Below are positions 1 through 10,179 of a stretch of DNA of 64,000 nt, piece by piece. The stretch comes from Auanema rhodensis. Lineage: Eukaryota; Animalia; Nematoda. The DNA lies in the NCBI GenBank assembly GCA_964057225.1, contig OZ059894.1, forward strand, positions 20,274,001 through 20,338,000. Reading direction: 5' to 3'. Below the pieces are notes generated by a model. It made no database searches. It saw only the letters and a list, made by a program, of their open reading frames with translations, and was not told the DNA's origin. Every line of letters begins with the position of its first letter. Position 1 is the stretch's first letter. The position numbers and the translations under genes are program-made.

Positions 1-19
1 ACTTATATCAGTTGATATC

Positions 20-86
20 TCGGTGCATTTTTAAGCTAGCGCAAATCTGATAACACAGATCGACGCAGCTTAAAAATCCGCATCGA
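20..86. repeat. Long imperfect inverted repeat in each monomer (hairpin H2)
   Basis: ATTTTTAAGCT (27-37) is the exact reverse complement of AGCTTAAAAAT (67-77). Inner pairs are GCG/CGC (39-41/64-66) and ATCTG/CAGAT (45-49/56-60) around a 6-nt loop. The outer pair TCGGTGC/GCATCGA (20-26/80-86) has one G.T mismatch. Confidence 0.9.
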
Positions 87-160
87 ATGCACTATACTAC
101 ATTGAGAAACGCTCAATACAAAAATTAGTTATGATCGTTCGGAAAATGATGCATTAGTGT

Positions 161-188
161 ATGTTGAGTTTCCATGTACACTCAACAT
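161..188. repeat. Inverted repeat in each monomer (hairpin H3), 9-bp stem, 10-nt loop
   Basis: ATGTTGAGT (161-169) and ACTCAACAT (180-188) are exact reverse complements. Confidence 0.88.
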
Positions 189-552
189 TGCTTCCAAAAA
201 CATTTTGACAAAAATTTTTTCAAAAAATTTCAAAATAAATTAGCAAAAAGTAGATGTTTTTAGATTTCTTTTTTCGAGGCAAAGACGATGGACAATGTTA
301 TTCAACAAAAAAATTAATTCTTCAGGGTGAAAATCGAGGATATAAGTATGAACTTATATCAGTTGATATCTCGGTGCATTTTTAAGCTAGCGCAAATCTG
401 ATAACACAGATCGACGCAGCTTAAAAATCCGCATCGAATGCACTATACTACATTGAGAAACGCTTAATACAAAAATTAGTTATGATCGTTTGAAAAATGA
501 TGCATTAGTTTATGTTGAGTTTCCATGTACACTCAACATTGCTTCCAAAAAC

Positions 553-587
553 ATTTTGACAAAAATTTTTTCGAAAAATTTCAAAAT
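553..587. repeat. A/T-tract dyad centred on TTTTTCGAAAAA (pos 216-227), flanked by ATTTTGA/TCAAAAT
   Basis: A 12-bp perfect palindrome in copies with pos222 G (shown in m2). Flanking arms at pos 202-208 and 230-236 are reverse complements. Confidence 0.75.
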
Positions 588-689
588 AAATTAGCTAAAA
601 GTAGATGTTTTTAGATTCCTTTTTTCGAGGCAAAGAGGATGGACAATGTTATTCAACGAAAAAATTAATTCTTCAGGGTGAAAATCGAG

Positions 690-711
690 GATATAAGTGT
701 GAACTTATATC
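690..711. repeat. Inverted repeat spanning each monomer junction (hairpin H1), 9-bp stem, 4-nt GTGA loop
   Basis: GATATAAGT-GTGA-ACTTATATC. It overlaps a second dyad, ATATCA-GT-TGATAT (pos 5-18). Confidence 0.88.
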
Positions 712-2808
712 AGTTGATATCTCGGTGCATTTTTAAGCTAGCGCAAATCTGATAACACAGATCGACGCAGCTTAAAAATCCGCATCGAATGCACTATACT
801 ACATTGAGAAACGCTTAATACAAAAATTAGTTATGATCGTTTGAAAAATGATGCATTAGTGTATGTTGAGTTGCCATGTACACTCAACATTGCTTCCAAA
901 AACATTTTGACAAAAATTTTTTCAAAAAATTTCAAAATAAATTAGCAAAAAGTAGATGTTTTTAGATTCCTTTTTTCAAGGCAAAGACGATGGACAATGT
1001 TATTCAACGAAAAAATTAATTCTTCAGGGTGAAAATCGAGGATATAAGTGTGAACTTATATCAGTTGATATCTCGGTGCATTTTTAAGCTAGCGCAAATC
1101 TGATAACACAGATCGACGCAGCTTAAAAATCCGCATCGAATGCACTATACTACATTGAGAAACGCTCAATACAAAAATTAGTTATGATCGTTTGAAAAAT
1201 GATGCATTAGTGTATGTTGAGTTTCCATGTACACTCAACATTGCTTCCAAAAACATTTTGACAAAAATTTTTTCAAAAAATTTCAAAATAAATTAGCAAA
1301 AAGTAGATGTTTTTAGATTCCTTTTTTCAAGGCAAAGACGATGGACAATGTTATTCAACGAAAAAATTAATTCTTCAGGGTGAAAATCGAGGATATAAGT
1401 GTGAACTTATATCAGTTGATATCTCGGTGCATTTTTAAGCTAGCGCAAATCTGATAACACAGATCGACGCAGCTTAAAAATCCGCATCGAATGCACTATA
1501 CTACATTGAGAAACGCTTAATACAAAAATTAGTTATGATCGTTTGAAAAATGATGCATTAGTGTATGTTGAGTTTCCATGTACACTCAACATTGCTTCCA
1601 AAAACATTTTGACAAAAATTTTTTCAAAAAATTTCAAAATAAATTAGCAAAAAGTAGATGTTTTTAGATTCCTTTTTTCAAGGCAAAGACGATGGACAAT
1701 GTTATTCAACGAAAAAATTAATTCTTCAGGGTGAAAATCGAGGATATAAGTGTGAACTTATATCAGTTGATATCTCGGTGCATTTTTAGGCTAGCGCAAA
1801 TCTGATAACACAGATCGACGCAGCTTAAAAATCCGCATCGAATGCACTATACTACATTGAGAAACGCTTAATACAAAAATTAGTTATGATCGTTTGAAAA
1901 ATGATGCATTAGTGTATGTTGAGTTTCCATGTACACTCAACATTGCTTCCAAAAACATTTTGACAAAAATTTTTTCAAAAAATTTCAAAATAAATTAGCA
2001 AAAAGTAGATGTTTTTAGATTTCTTTTTTCAAGGCAAAGACGATGGACAATGTTATTCAACAAAAAAATTAATTCTTCAGGGTGAAAATCGAGGATATAA
2101 GTGAGAACTTATATCAGTTGATATCTCGGTGCATTTTTAAGCTAGCGCAAATCTGATAACACAGATCGACGCAGCTTAAAAATCCGCATCGAATGCACTA
2201 TACTACATTGAGAAACGCTCAATACAAAAATTAGTTATGATCGTTCGGAAAATGATGCATTAGTGTATGTTGAGTTTCCATGTACACTCAACATTGCTTC
2301 CAAAAACATTTTGACAAAAATTTTTTCAAAAAATTTCAAAATAAATTAGCAAAAAGTAGATGTTTTTAGATTTCTTTTTTCGAGGCAAAGACGATGGACA
2401 ATGTTATTCAACAAAAAAATTAATTCTTCAGGGTGAAAATCGAGGATATAAGTATGAACTTATATCAGTTGATATCTCGGTGCATTTTTAAGCTAGCGCA
2501 AATCTGATAACACAGATCGACGCAGCTTAAAAATCCGCATCGAATGCACTATACTACATTGAGAAACGCTTAATACAAAAATTAGTTATGATCGTTTGAA
2601 AAATGATGCATTAGTTTATGTTGAGTTTCCATGTACACTCAACATTGCTTCCAAAAACATTTTGACAAAAATTTTTTCGAAAAATTTCAAAATAAATTAG
2701 CTAAAAGTAGATGTTTTTAGATTCCTTTTTTCGAGGCAAAGAGGATGGACAATGTTATTCAACGAAAAAATTAATTCTTCAGGGTGAAAATCGAGGATAT
2801 AAGTGTGA

Positions 2809-5616
2809 ACTTATATCAGTTGATATCTCGGTGCATTTTTAAGCTAGCGCAAATCTGATAACACAGATCGACGCAGCTTAAAAATCCGCATCGAATGCAC
2901 TATACTACATTGAGAAACGCTTAATACAAAAATTAGTTATGATCGTTTGAAAAATGATGCATTAGTGTATGTTGAGTTTCCATGTACACTCAACATTGCT
3001 TCCAAAAACATTTTGACAAAAATTTTTTCAAAAAATTTCAAAATAAATTAGCAAAAAGTAGATGTTTTTAGATTCCTTTTTTCAAGGCAAAGACGATGGA
3101 CAATGTTATTCAACGAAAAAATTAATTCTTCAGGGTGAAAATCGAGGATATAAGTGTGAACTTATATCAGTTGATATCTCGGTGCATTTTTAGGCTAGCG
3201 CAAATCTGATAACACAGATCGACGCAGCTTAAAAATCCGCATCGAATGCACTATACTACATTGAGAAACGCTTAATACAAAAATTAGTTATGATCGTTTG
3301 AAAAATGATGCATTAGTGTATGTTGAGTTTCCATGTACACTCAACATTGCTTCCAAAAACATTTTGACAAAAATTTTTTCAAAAAATTTCAAAATAAATT
3401 AGCAAAAAGTAGATGTTTTTAGATTCCTTTTTTCAAGGCAAAGACGATGGACAATGTTATTCAACGAAAAAATTAATTCTTCAGGGTGAAAATCGAGGAT
3501 ATAAGTGTGAACTTATATCAGTTGATATCTCGGTGCATTTTCAAGCTAGCGCAAATCTGATAACACAGATCGACGCAGCTTAAAAATCCGCATCGAATGC
3601 ACTATACTACATTGAGAAACGCTTAATACAAAAATTAGTTATGATCGTTTGAAAAATGATGCATTAGTTTATGTTGAGTTTCCATGTACACTCAACATTG
3701 CTTCCAAAAACATTTTGACAAAAATTTTTTCGAAAAATTTCAAAATAAATTAGCTAAAAGTAGATGTTTTTAGATTCCTTTTTTCGAGGCAAAGAGGATG
3801 GACAATGTTATTCAACGAAAAAATTAATTCTTCAGGGTGAAAATCGAGGATATAAGTGTGAACTTATATCAGTTGATATCTCGGTGCATTTTTAAGCTAG
3901 CGCAAATCTGATAACACAGATCGACGCAGCTTAAAAATCCGCATCGAATGCACTATACTACATTGAGAAACGCTCAATACAAAAATTAGTTATGATCGTT
4001 TGAAAAATGATGCATTAGTGTATGTTGAGTTTCCATGTACACTCAACATTGCTTCCAAAAACATTTTGACAAAAATTTTTTCGAAAAATTTCAAAATAAT
4101 TTAGCAAAAAGTAGATGTTTTTAGATTCCTTTTTTCAAGGCAAAGACGATGGACAATGTTATTCAACGAAAAAATTAATTCTTCAGGGTGAAAATCGAGG
4201 ATATAAGTGTGAACTTATATCAGTTGATATCTCGGTGCATTTTTAAGCTAGCGCAAATCTGATAACACAGATCGACGCAGCTTAAAAATCCGCATCGAAT
4301 GCACTATACTACATTGAGAAACGCTTAATACAAAAATTAGTTATGATCGTTTGAAAAATGATGCATTAGTGTATGTTGAGTTTCCATGTACACTCAACAT
4401 TGCTTCCAAAAACATTTTGACAAAAATTTTTTCAAAAAATTTCAAAATAAATTAGCAAAAAGTAGATGTTTTTAGATTCCTTTTTTCAAGGCAAAGACGA
4501 TGGACAATGTTATTCAACGAAAAAATTAATTCTTCAGGGTGAAAATCGAGGATATAAGTGTGAACTTATATCAGTTGATATCTCGGTGCATTTTTAGGCT
4601 AGCGCAAATCTGATAACACAGATCGACGCAGCTTAAAAATCCGCATCGAATGCACTATACTACATTGAGAAACGCTTAATACAAAAATTAGTTATGATCG
4701 TTTGAAAAATGATGCATTAGTGTATGTTGAGTTTCCATGTACACTCAACATTGCTTCCAAAAACATTTTGACAAAAATTTTTTCAAAAAATTTCAAAATA
4801 AATTAGCAAAAAGTAGATGTTTTTAGATTCCTTTTTTCAAGGCAAAGACGATGGACAATGTTATTCAACGAAAAAATTAATTCTTCAGGGTGAAAATCGA
4901 GGATATAAGTGTGAACTTATATCAGTTGATATCTCGGTGCATTTTCAAGCTAGCGCAAATCTGATAACACAGATCGACGCAGCTTAAAAATCCGCATCGA
5001 ATGCACTATACTACATTGAGAAACGCTTAATACAAAAATTAGTTATGATCGTTTGAAAAATGATGCATTAGTTTATGTTGAGTTTCCATGTACACTCAAC
5101 ATTGCTTCCAAAAACATTTTGACAAAAATTTTTTCGAAAAATTTCAAAATAAATTAGCTAAAAGTAGATGTTTTTAGATTCCTTTTTTCGAGGCAAAGAG
5201 GATGGACAATGTTATTCAACGAAAAAATTAATTCTTCAGGGTGAAAATCGAGGATATAAGTGTGAACTTATATCAGTTGATATCTCGGTGCATTTTTAAG
5301 CTAGCGCAAATCTGATAACACAGATCGACGCAGCTTAAAAATCCGCATCGAATGCACTATACTACATTGAGAAACGCTCAATACAAAAATTAGTTATGAT
5401 CGTTTGAAAAATGATGCATTAGTGTATGTTGAGTTTCCATGTACACTCAACATTGCTTCCAAAAACATTTTGACAAAAATTTTTTCGAAAAATTTCAAAA
5501 TAATTTAGCAAAAAGTAGATGTTTTTAGATTCCTTTTTTCAAGGCAAAGACGATGGACAATGTTATTCAACGAAAAAATTAATTCTTCAGGGTGAAAATC
5601 GAGGATATAAGTGTGA
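2809..5616. repeat. Higher-order repeat: 4-monomer unit (1404 bp) x2 (m9-12, m13-16)
   Basis: The same ordered variants occur twice: plain 222A copy; TAGGCT copy; 32C+TAGTTTATG+GCTAAAA+GAGGATG copy; 114C+222G copy. Confidence 0.85.
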
Positions 5617-6318
5617 ACTTATATCAGTTGATATCTCGGTGCATTTTTAAGCTAGCGCAAATCTGATAACACAGATCGACGCAGCTTAAAAATCCGCATC
5701 GAATGCACTATACTACATTGAGAAACGCTCAATACAAAAATTAGTTATGATCGTTTGAAAAATGATGCATTAGTGTATGTTGAGTTTCCATGTACACTCA
5801 ACATTGCTTCCAAAAACATTTTGACAAAAATTTTTTCAAAAAATTTCAAAATAAATTAGCAAAAAGTAGATGTTTTTAGATTCCTTTTTTCAAGGCAAAG
5901 ACGATGGACAATGTTATTCAACGAAAAAATTAATTCTTCAGGGTGAAAATCGAGGATATAAGTGTGAACTTATATCAGTTGATATCTCGGTGCATTTTTA
6001 AGCTAGCGCAAATCTGATAACACAGATCGACGCAGCTTAAAAATCCGCATCGAATGCACTATACTACATTGAGAAACGCTTAATACAAAAATTAGTTATG
6101 ATCGTTTGAAAAATGATGCATTAGTGTATGTTGAGTTTCCATGTACACTCAACATTGCTTCCAAAAACATTTTGACAAAAATTTTTTCGAAAAATTTCAA
6201 AATAATTTAGCAAAAAGTAGATGTTTTCAGATTCTTTTTTTCAAGGCGAAGACGATGGACAATGTTATTCAACGAAAAAATTAATTCTTCAGGGTGAAAA
6301 TCGAGGATATAAGTGTGA

Positions 6319-7722
6319 ACTTATATCAGTTGATATCTCGGTGCATTTTTAAGCTAGCGCAAATTTGATAACACAGATCGACGCAGCTTAAAAATCCGCA
6401 TCGAATGCACTATACTACATTGAGAAACGCTTAATACAAAAATTAGTTATGATCGTTTGAAAAATGATGCATTAGTGTATGTTGAGTTTCCATGTACACT
6501 CAACATTGCTTCCAAAAACATTTTGACAAAAATTTTTTCAAAAAATTTCAAAATAAATTAGCAAAAAGTAGATGTTTTTAGATTCCTTTTTTCAAGGCAA
6601 AGACGATGGACAATGTTATTCAACGAAAAAATTAATTCTTCAGGGTGAAAATCGAGGATATAAGTGTGAACTTATATCAGTTGATATCTCGGTGCATTTT
6701 CAAGCTAGCGCAAATCTGATAACACAGATCGACGCAGCTTAAAAATCCGCATCGAATGCACTATACTACATTGAGAAACGCTTAATACAAAAATTAGTTA
6801 TGATCGTTTGAAAAATGATGCATTAGTGTATGTTGAGTTTCCATGTACACTCAACATTGCTTCCAAAAACATTTTGACAAAAATTTTTTCGAAAAATTTC
6901 AAAATAATTCAGCAAAAAGTAGATGTTTTTAGATTCCTTTTTTCAAGGCAAAGACGATGGACAATGTTATTCAACGAAAAAATTAATTCTTCAGGGTGAA
7001 AATCGAGGATATAAGTGTGAACTTATATCAGTTGATATCTCGGTGCATTTTTAAGCTAGCGCAAATTTGATAACACAGATCGACGCAGCTTAAAAATCCG
7101 CATCGAATGCACTATACTACATTGAGAAACGCTTAATACAAAAATTAGTTATGATCGTTTGAAAAATGATGCATTAGTGTATGTTGAGTTTCCATGTACA
7201 CTCAACATTGCTTCCAAAAACATTTTGACAAAAATTTTTTCAAAAAATTTCAAAATAAATTAGCAAAAAGTAGATGTTTTTAGATTCCTTTTTTCAAGGC
7301 AAAGACGATGGACAATGTTATTCAACGAAAAAATTAATTCTTCAGGGTGAAAATCGAGGATATAAGTGTGAACTTATATCAGTTGATATCTCGGTGCATT
7401 TTCAAGCTAGCGCAAATCTGATAACACAGATCGACGCAGCTTAAAAATCCGCATCGAATGCACTATACTACATTGAGAAACGCTTAATACAAAAATTAGT
7501 TATGATCGTTTGAAAAATGATGCATTAGTGTATGTTGAGTTTCCATGTACACTCAACATTGCTTCCAAAAACATTTTGACAAAAATTTTTTCGAAAAATT
7601 TCAAAATAATTCAGCAAAAAGTAGATGTTTTTAGATTCCTTTTTTCAAGGCAAAGACGATGGACAATGTTATTCAACGAAAAAATTAATTCTTCAGGGTG
7701 AAAATCGAGGATATAAGTGTGA
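6319..7722. repeat. Higher-order repeat: dimer (702 bp) x2 (m19-22)
   Basis: An AAATTTGAT copy alternates with a 32C+241C copy. The ORF track shows the same 702 offset (6808 and 7510). Confidence 0.87.
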
Positions 7723-10179
7723 ACTTATATCAGTTGATATCTCGGTGCATTTTTAAGCTAGCGCAAATCTGATAACACAGATCGACGCAGCTTAAAAATC
7801 CGCATCGAATGCACTATACTACATTAAGAAACGCTCAATACAAAAATTAGTTATGATCGTTTGAAAAATGATGCATTAGTGTATGTTGAGTTTCCATGTA
7901 CACTCAACATTGCTTCCAAAAACATTTTGACAAAAATTTTTTCAAAAAATTTCAGAATAAATTAGCAAAAAGTAGATGTTTTTAGATTCCTTTTTTCAAG
8001 GCAAAGACGATGGACAATGTTATTCAACGAAAAAATTAATTCTTCAGGGTGAAAATCGAGGATATAAGTGTGAACTTATATCAGTTGATATCTCGGTGCA
8101 TTTTCAAGCTAGCGCAAATCCGATAACACAGATCGACGCAGCTTAAAAATCCGCATCGAATGCACTATACTACATTGAGAAACGCTCAATACAAAAATTA
8201 GTTATGATCGTTTGAAAAATGATGCATTAGTGTATGTTGAGTTTCCATGTACACTCAACATTGCTTCCAAAAACATTTTGACAAAAATTTTTTCAAAAAA
8301 TTTCAAAATAAATTAGCAAAAAGTAGATGTTTTTAGATTCCTTTTTTCAAGGCAAAGACGATGGACAATGTTATTCAACGAAAAAATTAATTCTTCAGGG
8401 TGAAAATCGAGGATATAAGTGTGAACTTATATCAGTTGATATCTCGGTGCATTTTCAAGCTAGCGCAAATCTGATAACACAGATCGACGCAGCTTAAAAA
8501 TCCGCATCGAATGCACTATACTACATTGAGAAACGCTTAATACAAAAATTAGTTATGATCGTTTGAAAAATGATGCATTAGTGTATGTTGAGTTTCCATG
8601 TACACTCAACATTGCTTCCAAAAACATTTTGACAAAAATTTTTTCGAAAAATTTCAGAATAATTTAGCAAAAAGTAGATGTTTTTAGATTCCTTTTTTCA
8701 AGGCAAAGACGATGGACAATGTTATTCAACGAAAAAATTAATTCTTCAGGGTGAAAATCGAGGATATAAGTGTGAACTTATATCAGTTGATATCTCGGTG
8801 CATTTTCAAGCTAGCGCAAATCCGATAACACAGATCGACGCAGCTTAAAAATCCGCATCGAATGCACTATACTACATTGAGAAACGCTTAATACAAAAAT
8901 TAGTTATGATCGTTTGGAAAATGATGCATTAGTGTATGTTGAGTTTCCATGTACACTCAACATTGCTTCCAAAAACATTTTGACAAAAATTTTTTCGAAA
9001 AATTTCAAAATAATTTAGCAAAAAGTAGATGTTTTTAGATTCCTTTTTTCAAGGCAAAGACGATGGACAATGTTATTCAACGAAAAAATTAATTCTTCAG
9101 GGTGAAAATCGAGGATATAAGTGTGAACTTATATCAGTTGATATCTCGGTGCATTTTTAAGCTAGCGCAAATCTGATAACACAGATCGACGCAGCTTAAA
9201 AATCCGCATCGAATGCACTATACTACATTGAGAAACGCTCAATACAAAAATTAGTTATGATCGTTTGAAAAATGATGCATTAGTGTATGTTGAGTTTCCA
9301 TGTACACTCAACATTGCTTCCAAAAACATTTTGACAAAAATTTTTTCAAAAAATTTCAAAATAAATTAGCAAAAAGTAGATGTTTTTAGATTCCTTTTTT
9401 CAAGGCAAAGACGATGGACAATGTTATTCAACGAAAAAATTAATTCTTCAGGGTGAAAATCGAGGATATAAGTGTGAACTTATATCAGTTGATATCTCGG
9501 TGCATTTTCAAGCTAGCGCAAATCCGATAACACAGATCGACGCAGCTTAAAAATCCGCATCGAATGCACTATACTACATTGAGAAACGCTCAATACAAAA
9601 ATTAGTTATGATCGTTTGAAAAATGATGCATTAGTGTATGTTGAGTTTCCATGTACACTCAACATTGCTTCCAAAAACATTTTGACAAAAATTTTTTCAA
9701 AAAATTTCAAAATAAATTAGCAAAAAGTAGATGTTTTTAGATTCCTTTTTTCAAGGCAAAGACGATGGACAATATTATTCAACGAAAAAATTAATTCTTC
9801 AGGGTGAAAATCGAGGATATAAGTGTGAACTTATATCAGTTGATATCTCGGTGCATTTTCAAGCTAGCGCAAATCCGATAACACAGATCGACGCAGCTTA
9901 AAAATCCGCATCGAATGCACTATACTACATTGAGAAACGCTTAATACAAAAATTAGTTATGATCGTTTGGAAAATGATGCATTAGTGTATGTTGAGTTTC
10001 CATGTACACTCAACATTGCTTCCAAAAACATTTTGACAAAAATTTTTTCGAAAAATTTCAAAATAATTTAGCAAAAAGTAGATGTTTTTAGATTCCTTTT
10101 TTCAAGGCAAAGACGATGGACAATGTTATTCAACGAAAAAATTAATTCTTCAGGGTGATAATCGAGGATATAAGTGTGA

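Larger units (their letters stand above)
1..351. repeat. Representative satellite monomer (m1)
   Basis: One period. GC-richer part at pos 20-90 and A/T-tract-rich part at pos 196-275. Palindromic sites in most copies: EcoRV GATATC (14-19), NheI GCTAGC (35-40), NsiI ATGCAT (149-154), BsrGI TGTACA (175-180), AseI ATTAAT (313-318). Confidence 0.98.

Noticed and set aside
196-275. Helically phased A-tract curvature
   Set aside because: Tract spacings are about 9-14 bp, mostly 12-13, not a clean 10.5-bp phase. A curvature calculation or gel mobility test would be needed.
270-330. Hammerhead ribozyme as in newt, schistosome or cricket satellites (minus-strand CTGAAGA at pos 325-319)
   Set aside because: No stem II closing onto a GAAA follows, and the common 323G allele destroys the motif. 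The plus-strand CTGATAA does not fit CUGANGA. An Infernal/Rfam scan of a dimer would settle it.
1-351. Tandem 5S rRNA, tRNA, snRNA or spliced-leader gene array
   Set aside because: I see no recognisable 5S, tRNA cloverleaf or known leader sequence. Sm-site-like AATTTTTG strings are expected in A/T tracts. A divergent ncRNA cannot be fully excluded without Rfam and RNA data.
140-351. Monomer as an ancient dimer of ~175-bp subunits
   Set aside because: There are only short echoes (TGAAAA...AGTGT at pos 140-160 and 328-349; ACAAAAATT at 118 and 208) with inconsistent offsets (188 and 90). These are not distinguishable from AT-rich chance by eye.
1-351. Assignment to a named satellite such as Drosophila 359-bp (1.688) or Tribolium ~350-360-bp satellites
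   Set aside because: Only length and AT content are similar. I do not recognise sequence identity and cannot run a search.
570-586. CENP-B box
   Set aside because: TTCG is present, but the required CGGG at the proper spacing is missing on both strands.
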